The notes beneath the pieces are model-generated. The model did no database searches. It worked only from the letters and a program-made list of their open reading frames with translations, and was not told the origin of the DNA. A program made the translations under genes and the position numbers. Positions 39,585 to 53,987 of a stretch of 64,000 bases of DNA are shown here, in pieces. Within the stretch, counting starts at the first letter, position 1. Each line of letters begins with the position of its first letter. The stretch comes from Callorhinchus milii (taxonomy: Eukaryota), in the NCBI RefSeq assembly GCF_018977255.1, contig NW_024704742.1, positions 107,758,001 to 107,822,000 on the forward strand, written 5' to 3'.

Positions 39585-42500
39585 AAGTCTGATGGGTAGC
39601 ACAATGGAAAAGTCTAGAGTTGATAACGGGATGAGGGTTATAAAAATAATCCTTGCATTTGATATAGCGCCTTATCACATCTTTGAGACGTCTCAAAGCT
39701 CTTCACAGAATACACTGTAAAGTGAATTGCTTGTATATTTGTTGGCAAATCGCAGAAGCCAATTGCGCACAGCAGTGTCCCACAAACAGTCGTGGACCAA
39801 ATGACCAAATTATCATTAATTTGGATTTCAGCTGTCTGGGGATGGGTGGGTGAGGCAATGTGCAGAGGTGGAGGAAAGTGGACTTGGTCATATAGTCTGA
39901 ATGAAAGGTTAAAAGAAGCGTTGAGGGTCGAACAAACTAATGAGCGGAAATGGTTTATTTAATTGCATTTACCAGGTAAAACTTGATACACCAAATATGC
40001 CGGCTTTGGAGACACCACAATTAACATTTACACTCCTTCATTCCCATGACTGTATTTTAAATTTGTGTCTCTTTCAATATCATGTTTAACAACAGATAGT
40101 CACTGCCATTCGTGGTAAAAATTATGTGAAGCTCTTTGAGACATTTCAGTAACGTGATAATATGCAAGGATTAATATTATTATCACCTAGGAAATGCCTC
40201 TTCTGTTATATTAGCAAGACAAGAAGGAAGGAAACAAATAAATGATTCATACTATTTTCCTCTTAAGGAAGCCTCAAGATTTTCCTTTCGATAAAGTACA
40301 AACCCAACGGATACAACTTTAAGTAACAGGAATTAGAAGAAACATAAAATATTGAACAATTTTCTAGTTGATATTGTGGTAATTACCCCCCTTTAAATAC
40401 AGAATAAATGTTGTTTAGAGACAGTATTGTAGTTATAGGGATAGGTAGACCGATGTGACCAAAAACTGTGCTCAAATCACCACACGCAGAGCTTGCCTTT
40501 AATACTTAAATACAGACTGGCTGCAGCTCAGCTCAGTCTTTCTGCAGATGACATCTTACATGTTACAAAAAGGATGGATGCAATTGTTCTTTTTTCAAGC
40601 AATGGGAAGGAATTTAAGTATTAGACACACTGACTTCATCAAATTGCACCTTCTAAGCTTTTAAAAAGTTGGCTCTGACATCCTATCATAGAATTGTACA
40701 GCACAGAAGAAGGCCATTCAACACATTGTCTCTGTGCAAGCTCTTTGAAAAGAGCTATCCAATTCAATCCCACTCCCCCGCACTCTCCCCATAGCCCTGC
40801 AAACTTGTACACTCCAAATAATTCTCTAGTTTCAAGACAGTTGAGATATAGTATTAATCTCACTACTGGCAATTTATGAATGGAGTTCGATCAACTCCCT
40901 TTCTTACGTGAGTTTACAACTTGCTGAGACTGAGCAGATCCAGTGCAATGTCCAGACAGCAAATGCAGCACGTGAGGTGTAAGTGAAGTACTCTTTCAAG
41001 GTGATTTCCTTCACACAAGACATTGTTGCAAGAGCAATAAAGGTATTCATCCGATTAGCCAGGTTGCTCATTGAACAAACCTATTCCAAGTGAAGTACCC
41101 CCATCAAAACAATGTTGAAAGTATAGGTATTTAAGTCATTTCCTCTTCGGTTTCACTGGAATACTTAAGTATAACTTAATTTGTTTTCAAAAGTAAAGTA
41201 TTCAGTATAACTTAACTAGAAGAATGAACAGCTACCCCTTTTTGTCCCTTTTCACTCAAAGCATGAATTAAAATATCAAAATAACTCAACTGACCGCAAA
41301 AGAAGGCAACTATAATATATATAACATAATAATATAATAAAAAATATGTGTTATTTGTAAATACTTAATTCAATATCATTGCATAAAACCCATGGATTAT
41401 TGATCCGGATGCACTGGATTAGAACCGATTAGTTTAAGAAATAAACTAGGAGGTCGATGTTCTACGTTAATTCTTCGAAATGTGCTTTTGTCCTGAAATA
41501 TGATACTCAGACCGTTTTCAGAAGCAATGGAAGCAGTAGAGATAAGAGCCCAGGCTGTGTATTGGGTGTAATATTATGATGGTTAGTAAAGTGTGTGGTT
41601 GCAGTGCAAACAAATGCAATCGGTGGGGGGTGGGGGGATTTGATTTGATGTGGGTCTCAGTAAATTATGCGCTAGAATCCAACTCAACTGGGGCAAGGCA
41701 GGAGACGTTACACCAATTGTGTCACCAGATATATAGCTTTTTTTTAAAAATAACATCTTAATAACTGAATAACATTAAGTGGGAAACCTGTGGTCTGGCT
41801 CTGATGTGGGCGATTTGTGGCTCTAAACCTCAAGCGCATAGTTCCCACTTGACAGAGTTTATCAGAACTTGCCATGTGAAACCGACAAGTTATTCTACAA
41901 TAATATAATACTGATATAATACTCTGAGTAGTGAGCTGTTCTTATTGTACATCATTGTAAACTGATTCCTGGAGCTCAAGACATGGTACTGGATACACAT
42001 GCATACTCAGATATGATTACAACATTTTTTTATATATAGCCATTCATCTATTTTCATTTAGGATTTTTTTTGGTCAGGCTTTAAACTATGTCACCATTGC
42101 ATTGTACCAAGATAAAGTAAATCAGAAATCTTTCAAATGACAAAAGCAAAATAATGCACCGGTTGAAAGCGGTGGCTTAAAATGTCCCATTAATTATGCA
42201 AATATTTCCATTTCGCAAAAAAACATGGACAAATATTGCATTTTTTTACATAAAGAAACTTCGTTCAATCGTCAATGGTGGTAACAGCTGGAGGTTCTGC
42301 TACTATCTGCCACCTGGATAAATGTCTCCCGTGAATACCAGCCTCAGCCTCCCGCTGCTCTGACCAGATATACCAACTGGCACACTATTGTGCTCCAACA
42401 GTGGAGCAGAGACCGCTTTATAAAGATGTTGATTCCAGTTATACTGTCTTTACCAGTGGTCAGTTTTAGTCCCAGTGAAACCTGCCTTTACAGGTCATTT

Positions 42501-44719
42501 TTTTACAAGGCAACCTGGAGGAGAGCAATGCATCGAATAGGCGGATAAAACCAAACCTGCAAATAGAGCAACAACAACAACAACAAAACCGACGGATTTG
42601 TTCGTGGCAAAGCTTCTCGTTTTAGGATGCACAGAGTGGACCTTCGCACACTTGTTTTGCAGGTTTGTGCTGCATCAGAGAGCGACTATCTTGCTTTTAA
42701 AGGTTGCCGGCGGGGACCGCGCCCCTGCAAACTTGTTCCCAGTTTTATGTTCAACCAGTACAGCAGCGAGTTTGCATTTTACAGATCAATTCGCCAGTGA
42801 TTGGTGCAGTACAGTTACAGCAGCTTTGGTCAGCCTCGTACACATGTAAGTAAAGATTTTGATCATCTGTCGGCATTCGTATTTTGTAGAATTTTGCATC
42901 TGAAAAGACAAGGTGAAGGTGTAGCTGTAGCTGGGTAAGGGGGGGGGGGGGGGGGACCTTACAGGACTCCCTTAACTTGTCTTACATCGTTTGATGACAA
43001 TCGTTTGATAGAGCCACATTTATTGCAATAAATTAATTACTCTGTATGCAGTAACCAGGGCAGTCAATTGTGATTGTGCCCTTTTGTTGAAATAAGCTGC
43101 TTGAAAAGGTGGATGCACTCGTTTGATGAAATAACTAGCAACACGTTACAATCTGTTAAGAGACAAATGGGATGACACGTTACATTGTGCATGTTCAGAT
43201 ATCTGAGTTTGAATAATTACTGTGAAGCTCTTTGAGACGTTTGCATGTGATATTATGTCAAATGCGAGTATTTATAGATTGGCAGTTGTAGGAAAGAATC
43301 TCAGAACACTATTTATTCTGTGTAATATTGTTACATAGATTGGGCATGTCTTCACTGTTAATGTACTAATAAGATATCTACTACTGTTTCATATTTGTGA
43401 CTAAGCTTCTCATAATACCTGGATGCAACATTATTGAAACTAACAATTTAGTTTAGCTCTGCTAGATCACTCAAAACCTCATGTTTTCCAGTTTTATCTA
43501 CTGATGATCCATGATTTTCAAAAACAAAATTTATGTTTGCCAGTTATGGGGTGTGCAATCTCTCTTTTTTGGGTGGTGGTGGTGGGGGGGGGGGGGGGGG
43601 GAGGGGGAAATGGGGGTGTTGTTCACAAGTACAAGTTGGCAGAAGCCAAGAACATTGGCACATTGGGGAACTGTCCGTTGAGTGTGTGTGAGTAATTGCT
43701 TTATATGTGTGTGAATATGTATGCGTGTATACATATATATGAGGGGGGGAATTACAGAAGAGAATCACAGAACACTAGTCATTGCATGTACTTTTGTTAC
43801 ACTGAACCAACTAAGAAGGTGTTCACTAGTATGATGTTCTGATCAGCTTCTGTTCGGTTGATGTTCTATGACAGGGTATTATCTTGCAGGATTCAGAGCC
43901 AAGTGAGAAAAATCTCATGAAAACAGTTCTCAAACTTCATTGCGAGCCCACATTCTCTTGTTTCACCATATATAGCAGTAACTTCCCATAATTTCCTGAT
44001 TTCACCTTTTTATTATATAAAGTAATATGGTATTGCCACATGAAATTGTTTCACCTGTGATAATAAGCAGTAATCAAAGAACATGCAGATTGCTCACTGA
44101 CTGTTGACAATACTGTATTCTCAGGTTGCATCATTGCAAATATGTGTCTTGGTGCCAACCTCCAACATATTACTAGAAAAGTTATAAATAAATGTAAATA
44201 ATAATCCCTCCAAAACAAAACAATAATAAATTGGTCATTTTCAATCGACGACTGTTTGTGGGACATTGCTATGCGCAATTGCTGCATTTTGCCCACAAAT
44301 ATATGGTCAATTCACTTTACAGTCTATTCTGTGAAGCGCTTGAGACATCTCAAAGACCTGATTAGGCGCTATATCAAATGCATGGATTATTATACTAATC
44401 TTTGCATATTATTGGGCTAAACTGGAATTTTTGCTAAAGTGATTTTACAGAACTTTCTTATCGGCAATTGTGGGGTTGAATCCACAATAGAGAAGATTCC
44501 ATATGGTATGTAGACTTGATTGGTCAAATGGGAAATGTTGGTTAAAGCCAAACAGAGTCAAAATAAACAACAAATTGATCTGCACCTGAAAGAGAATATA
44601 TTAACAGTTCAGATGAAACTTGATCAGGGTTGGAAAGCACATTTATAGCTTAGGAGAGTAAGGTGGGACCAGATCAAGACAACAAAGGTATTATGGAAAT
44701 ATTGAAAACTGAAGTACAA

Positions 44720-46680
44720 GTGGAGTCCTGTAGCTTAGTATTTAGAGCACTCACCTCGCAAGCAAGAGAACTGGGTTTGATTCCTGGGTAGGGCAAAACA
44801 TTGGGCAAGTATCCTCACTCCACTGCCTCTATTCATCCAGCAATAAGTAGGAACCCAATTGTTAGACTATTGGCAGATTGTTTTTCCGGGGGTATTAATC
44901 CCTTTTAAAAAAAATAATAATTTGGTCACTCAATGCATGACTGTTAGTGGGACACTGTTGTGTGCAATTGGCTGCTGTGTTTCGCCCTCAAAATATAACA
45001 ACACCAAATTGGATTTATATAGCGCCCTCCATGCCGGACGGTGTCTCAGAGCGCTTCACAGTAATGGATCCCGGGGCCGAGCCAGGGGGAGGGGGAGGAA
45101 GGTGACCAAAGGCGCAGTCAAAAAGAAAGGTCTTCAGCAGAGATCTGAAAATAGGAAGAGAGGGGACGAGGCGAAGGGAGTGAGAAAGGGAATTCCAAAG
45201 CCTTGGGGCATAGTGGCTGAAGGCCAAGGGTGGAGCAGAGGACTCGGGGGACAAGGAGGAGGCTGGTGGAATGAAGGCAACGGACACTGTTTTGAGGAGA
45301 GAGGAGGTCAGAGAGGTAAGGGGGTGCAGAGGAGTGGAGGGATTTGAAGACAAGGGTGAGGATCTTGAAGTCAATCCTCTTTGGGACAGGCAGCCAGTGC
45401 AGTCTGGCAAGGACTGGGGTAATCGGTGAGCGGAGTTTGGTACGGGTGAGAATGCGGGCGGCAGAGTTTTGAATAATCTGGATTTTATGAATGGAAGTGG
45501 AGGGGAGACCAGCGAGGAGGGTGTTTGAATAGTTCAGCCAAGAGGTGACAAAGGCATGGACCAGGGTCTCAGCGGCTTTCGGAGAGAGGTATTGGTGGAG
45601 ACGGGTGATGCGTCGGAGATGGAAGAAAGCGGTGCTGGTGAGGGACCGGATGTGGGGGAGGAAGGATAATTGGTGGTTGAACCTGACGCCTAGGTTGCAT
45701 ATGGGTTCAGAGAGTTTTAGAGGAAGGTCGGGTAGGTGGAGGAGGTGAGAACCGTAAGATTTTAGACGTTGACGAGAGCCAAAGAGTATGGCTTCCGTCT
45801 TGTCAACGTTCAGCTGAAGGAAATTTGCGCTCATCCAGCCCTTGAGGTCTGACAGGCAGGCTGACAGAACATCAGGGGACTGGAGGTCACAAAGAGAGGT
45901 GGAAAAATAGATTGGGGATCGTCCGCATACATGTGGAAGTGTACCTCATGTCTGCGGATGACATCCCCAAGAGAGAGCATGTAGATCAGAAAGAGGAGGG
46001 GCCCAAGGATGGATCCTTGGGTGAGAGCGGGAGGAGAAGCCGTTTGTGCAGATGTACTGCTGGCGGTTTGTGAGGTAGGACACAAACCAGGCGAGTGCGG
46101 TCCCACTGAGGTGGATGACAGAGGAAAGGCGCTGGAGGAGGATGGTATGATCGACTGTGATGAACGTGGCGGAGAGGTCCAGGAGGACAAGGAGGCAGAG
46201 GGAGCCCTGGTCACAGATAGAGAGGATGTCGTTTGTGACTTTCACAAGCGTAGTCTCTGTACTGTGGGCAGGGCGGAAACCGGACCGGAGGGGTTCGAAG
46301 AGGGAGTGGGAGGAGAGGTGTGCACAGAGTTGATTGGCAGCAACGCATTCTAGGACTTTTGCGAGGAAGGGCAGGTTAGAAATAGGGAGGTAGTGGCTGG
46401 GGTTTGGGGGATCTAGGGAGGGTTTTTTGAGGAGGGGGGTGATGACAGCAGTTTTGAGGGGCGCAGGGACTGATCCGGAGGAGATGACGTCAGCCAGTAG
46501 TGGGCAGAGGAGGGGGAGCTGGGTGACCAGCAAGTTGGTGGGGAAGGGGTCGAGGCAGCAGGTAGTGGGTTTCATGGAGTCAATATATAGTCAATTCACT
46601 TTACACTATATTCTATGAAGCGCTTTGAGACGTCTCTAAGTCGTGATAAGGCACTACATCAAATGCAAGTATTATTATTA
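44720..46680 (+). mobile_element. SINE split by an L2 insertion (SINE parts 44720-44996 and 46582-46680)
   Basis: The SINE body breaks at caaaatat and resumes at aatatatagtcaattcac; aatat is duplicated. Confidence 0.85.
44997..46581 (-). mobile_element. 5'-truncated L2 LINE, second subfamily
   Basis: Frameshifted RT ORFs 45946-46575, 45831-46214 ([14 protein letters not shown]...HMYADD), 45118-45834 and 45015-45410. Confidence 0.95.
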
Positions 46681-48574
46681 GAAACCTAGAGGCACTTTAT
46701 TGGTTTCATACTAGAAATCCTTATTGTGATGTAAACTAGGTGATTGAGATCAGCTCCACTACTTCCTTAGCTGATCTCAGCTAACTCACCCCACACCAAG
46801 GATTGAAGCTGGAAGCTTCATTTGGTTCTGTTTCACAGAACCAGGGACCGGTGGCTTTAGCTACTGAGCCATCATGAAAATTCAAGTTGATCTGTATTTG
46901 TTCTCAGTTAATTACTCCGATACAACAGACTACTGTGAAGTAGAGAGAACTAATCAGAATGTTGAAATTGGCAGAGGACTGGTAAGTAAAATTTGAAATG
47001 AAGAAATGTCACATAATACAGATAACTCTTTGTATTTGCCACCAACATTGAAATCTTAAGGTATCATATAATTTTTCACAACCATTCATGCTGAGAATAT
47101 AAATCACAAGCATGTAGGGGAATTTGGATATAAAAGTATAAATCTTCACCAGACAGCAACTGAGATGAAGTGGTTAATATAATTTATTGTGGTCAGACCT
47201 CATCAGGAGCAGGAATGCACAGTCTCCGATTTTTATAGACAACAACAAATAAATTAACTGACAAAGAATAAAGAATAATCGTAAGGAGCTGTGATCAATA
47301 TAGTAGTATTCTTGGAAAAAGAGTAGCTAATCTGCTTTCAGAATGTATTCAGAATGTAGCTATAATTAGTTGACACCATGAATATAAAAAATATTGAAAA
47401 CTTCACTGGAGATGTATTGAAATTCCCCCAAATTGCAGTATTTTAATTTTTAAAAGTGATAATTTGATGGTTGCATAAGTGCTGAGCAATGGATTTCTTC
47501 TTTCTTTATTACCATTCTTGCAATACATTCAAATGTGAGGCAAGGAGGATTAGTGGTTAGAAGTGAACCTGAAATATGACAATATTTTTGCTGCATTACT
47601 GATTCAGATTACAAATAGAGGGTCATAATTCAGGTGCAAAAATTATTAGCTACTCCATATCGTTAATTGGGTTGCCACCAATCTTATGCTCTCTATTCCT
47701 GAGGAATATGGCCAAAAATGTGTGAAATCAAAAAATCAAATGATTATTATCCATCTTCTTTACCATAGGTGAAAGTGTTCTATAAACGTTTAGCGGAAGA
47801 TTTTCAATTAATGTATTCATGAGTAAGGTATTTGTTTAATTGTGACTTTATCAGCAATAACTTGCATTTTTGAATACCGTCCAGTTGCATTCTCAAAGTG
47901 CTTTACAGAGCCCTAAGCAGAATTGTGGGTGGGGGGGGTGGGGGGGTGGGGGGGGTGGTGTCTATGTGGAGAGAGATGACTGAGGATGCAGTCAAGAGGG
48001 TGCAACAGAAAGAGAGAGTAAAGGAATTTAGGAAGAGAATTCCTGGGAGTAGTGGTAAAGCTAGCCGACAGCAGATATACTGATGGCTGAGTGGGGGATG
48101 TGAAGCAGGTTGGAGTTGATGGAACAAAGTGCAGCACTGCATGTGATCAAGACAAGAAAGGGGCAAAGCACGTAGGTACGCTACAGTCAATTCACTTTAC
48201 AGTATATTCTGTGAAGCGCTTTACGATGTCTCAAAGACGTGATGAGGCGCTATATCAAATGCAAAGATTACTATTATTATTTGAGGATAAGAGGATTTTT
48301 GTTGATCTGTTGGGGAAATAGTGAGCCAGTGGTTGGGGGAATAGTGAGCCCATTACCTTGCTGGCTTGGGGGTTGTCTATGGGGTGTGCTGACACTCTCT
48401 CTCTCTTTCTCGGGATCCTACCTACCTAAGACTAAACAATGCTTTGTCATGTATAGTAAAACTCACATCAGTCATATTAGTCAGGACCATAACATTTAAT
48501 ATGATTTACAGGAGGTCTGAGTTAGACAAACTGTATAAGTAGTTTAAAATCTGATTTAATCAATCTACGCTCAG

Positions 48575-48832
48575 CATGCGGATTTCAATGCAGCCAGTGG
48601 TGACGGGTCAAGACATTCCTGCGATTCAATGCATCTTGACCCATTGCCACATGCGCACTTAATGGCAAGCATTGGAATTGGATTGAATCGCCGGAAATGA
48701 AGTTCTTCTGTGTGTGTTGTCGATGAATCAAGACAATGTTTCCTGGGATTCAATGCAGCCGGCCAGTAAGTGTGCATGTGTCAATGGGTTAGGACATAAT
48801 TTCCTGCAATTCAATGTAGCTGGTAAGTGCAG
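48575..48832. repeat. Degenerate ~60-bp unit present in direct and inverted copies
   Basis: gaca...ttcctg..attcaatg occurs three times; cttgacccattgccacatgcgcactta (48635-48661) is an inverted partial copy. Confidence 0.7.
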
Positions 48833-48995
48833 GAGTAATGGAGAAAAGGGGAGCAGAGTTACAAGTTATATGATAAATATGACTAGTTCAAAGAAATCTA
48901 AGTGTTTTGATAGGAAAATTAATGGTACTTGGGTTCATGTACAACTTATATGATTTATAAAGATAACACTTATGTGAGTTTTACTGTATAAATAA

Positions 48996-49356
48996 GTGGA
49001 GTCCTGTAGCTCAATAGTTAGAGCACTAACAAGCGAGAGACCTGGGTTCAATTCCCAGCAGGGTGAAACGCTGGGCAAGTTTCCTTACTCCACATGCCTC
49101 TGTTTACCTAGCAGTAAGTAGGATCCCAGTTGTTAGTCGATTGGCAGATCAGTTTTGCAGGCATAATAATTCCTTCAAAATAAATAAATAGGTACTCAAT
49201 CCACAACTGTTTGTGGACACTGCTGTGCACAATTGGCTGCCGTGTTTCTCCCACAAAATATGCAGTCAATTCATTTTACAGTATATTCTGTGAAGTGCTT
49301 TGAGATGTCTCAAAGACGCGATAAAGCGCTATGTCAAATGCAAGGATTATTATTAC
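48996..49356 (+). mobile_element. tRNA-derived SINE (older subfamily)
   Basis: gtggagtcctgtagctc head, B box and family tail. Confidence 0.88.
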
Positions 49357-52300
49357 ATTATTACAAGCTTTCTGAAACTCTGCTCTGTTCTGATGAATTG
49401 TTGAATCCTGGGGGAGTGAAAAATTGAACTGTAATTTCCCAAAAAACTATTTTTTGTCAGCCGGATATTTGACATGTAGAAATCTATCGCCATGCTTTAA
49501 AGCCACAAACTACACTGCCAAGAGTTCCAACGTGTAGGGTTTCCTTTTGTCTGATATGGAGTGTGCTGACCCTTTCTAGAGGGATCCTGCATACCTAATG
49601 CTAAATCTTGAAGATCAGAATTGGGTTTATTCTCTCTGGTGGTTTCAGTAATGATGGTTACTGGTGGTTTTCAGCTGGTTAAACTTGAGCAGCATCTCAA
49701 TGCACACTCTAGGGTCCCCAAGCTTTGGCTTTCACCAACCTACCAATAACATCTTCGGGGTCAGGCAAGCAGTTCCTTCAAAGATAGTGTGTAGCAGACA
49801 AATAGAAACCTAATGTATGGAACTCTCAATAGTGAATTTGAGTATGGCAATATCTTGCTACGTGTGTCAGATATCTAGTCGATGACCCCCACCACCCCCC
49901 ACCCCACCCCCAACACACACATGCAGACATACACTAGCATTTGTTCATTACCCATTCAGATTGAACTTCAAACTGAGCAGCAATAAATTAAAACGTGCAA
50001 ACCTAACTAACAAAAATAATTGTTCTGAGAAGATTTAAGTGCATATAGATTCTTCAGTGGCTACAAATAAATGCAAGAGTATTGTTAGTTTGCTTTCCGG
50101 CGTTGAAATTTATACACTGAAGTCTCGTGGGTCGAAATGTTTATGCACTTCAGTTTAAAATCTATCGAGTAACGATCACTTTAGTTTGAAATCTATTGAT
50201 CAAGTGATCGCAGGAGAAGAATGGCAAGAAGTTACAGAAGATTTCTTGTCAATAATATTTGATTAATTTAGATTGTCTTTAAAGATAATTGTGTTTTTTT
50301 TCTCTCTGCCTACAGAACCTTTTCATCGGAGGATTTCGAAAATGAGAATTGTTCTCGAAAGGAATCGCATAATAACATTGACTAGAGTTCTCCATGATTC
50401 TCATTAAAGTTACCAGATTAATGACATATTACTGAAATATGCCAAAATCTGAATGTCAAGCTAGGAAATAGCTATCTAGAACCTTGATTATAGATCAGTA
50501 CATAAACCTTGGCACCAATTCAGTTATTCTCGTCTGACCACATCAATCTGGATGGGTGATTGTTCCACCTCAAAAAGCCAATAGGTCTGTCTTGTTTTCC
50601 TTCCCCTCTTTCTCCCCACACCCCCCACACTGTCCTTCAATCTATATTTCTGGTCTCTCGGCAACTCTCATATTCAGCATTTTTGGAGCATTCCTGCCTC
50701 CCCCACAACCCCTTCCCCAAGGCTGTTGAGCTGCTCATCTTCACCGCAATCATTTCTAGAGTCAATATAACTAAGGGTAGGGCGAAACCTTAGGCAAGTT
50801 TCCTTATTCGACACACCTGTTTACCTAGCAGTAAATAGGAATGTGGTTGTTAGTCGATATTAGCGGATCATTTTTCCAGGGGTAATAATGAAAAAATAAT
50901 AATTTGGTCACTCAATTCACAACTGCTTGTGGGACACTACTGTGTGCAATTGGCTGCATTTCAACCACAAAATATACAGTCATTTCACTTTACAGTGTGT
51001 TCTGTGAAGTGCTTTGAGACATCTCGAAGGCGGGATAAGGTGATATATCAAATGCAAGGATTATTATTACTCTAAATTCTTGCTCCCTAGACTCACAGCT
51101 CCTCCCTATGCAAGCTGCAGACAATCCAGAACCTTGCAGCCTGTGTCTTCTTTTGTACCAGGGACCACAAGCCCATCACCTCCTTCCTTCTTTGGCTCTG
51201 CCTGCTCTCCATTCCCCCGCAGATCAAATTAAAGATTTTTTTTCTCATATTCAAATGCCTCCATGGCCTTGCCTCACCCGAGCTCTGCAAGGTCCTATGA
51301 CCCTATGACTGTTCTCTCCACTCAGCACCCAATCTGATTCATGTCCTCCATCAGGTGAGATGTCAGCCATTCTGCTCCTGTTCTCTGCAACTCCATGCTG
51401 GATTTCCTCTGCCTTGGCACTTTTCTCTCTACCTTCAAATTCCAACTTAAAATCCATTTCTTTGACCATGCTTTTGACTACATTTTCCTTCCAAAACTTG
51501 GGCTCCCAGTTACTTGTGTGAAGTGTTTTTCTCCTCACAATCTGGAAGATGCTATATAATTCTTCTATGCAGTATTGGATACTAAGAGTTCAGTAGAATC
51601 ACATATAATGTATATCTTAACTTTAAACAAGACAAATATGGGGGGATGGGGGAAATGTGCATTTATTTCTATTGGACTGCATTTCTCAGAGTTCAGCAGT
51701 GGTGTCTACCTTGTCAAGGTCTCCTGTAAGATCTTGATTATCTGCTCTGATTCCAGTTCTTTCTTGTTTGGTATCATCTTTATTAAGTTACATCGAGTCT
51801 GTGAATTCAAGTCATTTAGAATATTCACCCATAGATCTTTCAACGTTTCTTAATTTCACCAGTGGCTTGAACATGTTAGACTGAACAATGTAAGGTCAAA
51901 AGCACGTCAACATGGACCATTCGCTCAGGACACAAGTGAAAGTCGTATTAAGAGTTCTAAATAAATGCTTACTATTTAATAGAGGAGCTATAGACTTTCT
52001 CTGATTAATCCTGTACCATAAAATCAGATCATGATCTTGAATTGGAATCATAAGGGGAGGAGAAAACAAATGTTTTCTTTTGGTCAACTGTGTATGTAAC
52101 ACATGTAGAAACCATCACCAAGTTTCAAGAGTTGACAAGAACAACTTTATATAGCACACTTAACACAGGTTAGAATCTCAGAGTGCCCGATCCAAACTAG
52201 AAATGTAGTATGCCACCTTCGTATGGAAATTTTCCATTGTCTGCAATTTGATTCCAGAAAGTCTAATTGAGTTGGTGAGAGCTAAGGCTTGAGAGTTGCA

Positions 52301-52465
52301 GAGTGTGTGAAAGGGTTATTTTGACTTGTAATGGTAAGCAACATGGAACTGGAAGCTTGATTTACATTTCCTGCTCCTAATCATATGACATTCAAAACAA
52401 AAGCCAATTTTGGAATCGTGCTTATCCTCAAATTTATTAATTATTGAGCCTGCACTTTGACCATA

Positions 52466-52765
52466 TCATAGAATCATAGAATTATATAGCGCAGGAGGCC
52501 ATTCGGCCCATCGTGCCTGTGCCTCAAGACCTTTCTCTTCAACCGTGCCTTCACCTCCCCTCTCGACTCTCTACCCCCTCCTCGCTCCCTCCCCCTGACC
52601 ATTTCCCCCCTGCTCAGGTCCCGACCCAACTGTCCAGCGCCTTGGGACGTCCTCCCGACGTGAAAGGCGCTCTATAAATGAAATGTTGTTGTTGTTGTTG
52701 CTGCCAGTTCTTTGAAAAGAGCTATCCAATTCAATCCCACTCCTCCGCTCTCTTCCCATAGCCTC
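52466..52765. mobile_element. CR1 3' end (-) interrupted by an L2 3' end (+, ~52524-52700)
   Basis: CR1 ...gcctgtgcc, then an L2 tail ending in (gtt)n, then ctgccagttctttgaaaagagc, where CR1 resumes as in the 11515 copy. Confidence 0.8.
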
Positions 52766-53987
52766 ATAGTAAGTTGAGTTCAATGTGCAACCTAGCACTA
52801 CTACAACACCAACAACAACAAAATTACATTTATATAGTCCCTTTCACATAGGGAGGATGTCCCAAGGCACTGGACAGACAGTGTTATGGACCCAAGCTGA
52901 GGGTTGGGGTGGAGGGCAGGGGGAGAAGCAGAGAGATCTGTGGGATGGAGTTCCAGAGTGTGAGGGCAGAGGAACGACAATAGTTAATAAATTAATTTTC
53001 ATTTTAATAGCAATGAGTCATTTTTAATTGTGTTTAAGACAAAAGGCCAATTGTAATAAGATATGGAGTAGGCAAGAAAAAATAAATGAGATGTAATTCA
53101 GCAACTGGAAATAAGTCAAACCAGTATACTGAAAACCAGTATACTGACTTGCAGAGCCCACTGAAATTTAGCACACTATCTAAGCTTAACTCTGAGGAAT
53201 GGCCAGTAATTCTCAATGTCAGTCCATGATAACCTCAGGCTTGTTCTATACCACCAATCTTTTTAGATTGACTGACTTGCCAGGTTCATATACTAATCCT
53301 TTTCTGCATTATATTTTAAGAACCCAAGTATTAATGTTGAACCACTGGGGCGCTCTAGGTAACTAAGCCTGTTGATACCTACAACACTATTCTAGCAAGT
53401 CAGTGTCTTCAGAATAACAAAGAAAACTGGAAAAACCACAAACTCCTGTCAAAGTACTGTCACAGTGTATCCTGTCAAGCATTTTAAGACATCATCTTGA
53501 CTTGAAAGATGCTATACCAAATATTATTATTATTACTACACACTAGCTTATTCAAAATCAAAAGCTTGATATCAAAATTTGATCTTGACTATCTTATCCT
53601 ATCCCTTCTTCTATTGCCGTGGTAATACCCTAGTAATTTGGCATCAAATATTTTTAGTCATTGTACCAACCTATTCCTGATCATTTTGCTTCAAAATTTG
53701 AAGACTGCAATAAGATTCTGAAGATATGGCAGATCTATAGATTGCTCCATGCTGGGCACATGTTGACTTGAAATTATTTTTGCGCAAGTTGCAAATGCTG
53801 ATATTCCGAGAAGCGGGAAGAGAAAGAGAGCGGTTGGGAAATATCCTATAAATTTGTATCCTTACAGGAAGGTTATAATGTATATAATACCCTTCACTCT
53901 GCAGGGCTGGGTTTGCTAGCTTTCACTTAATGTCATTCTGAGACATGTGGAAACCCATCACCACGCTTAGAGTATCCAAACCGTGTT

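Noticed and set aside
42186..42205. Octamer ATGCAAAT with adjacent TAAT (also at about 4712)
   Set aside because: An 8-mer expected by chance in 64 kb of AT-rich DNA; it needs conservation data to be meaningful.
45118..46575. 238-aa and 209-aa RT ORFs as an active or domesticated gene
   Set aside because: 5'-truncated, frameshifted and lacking an endonuclease domain; an ordinary dead L2 copy.
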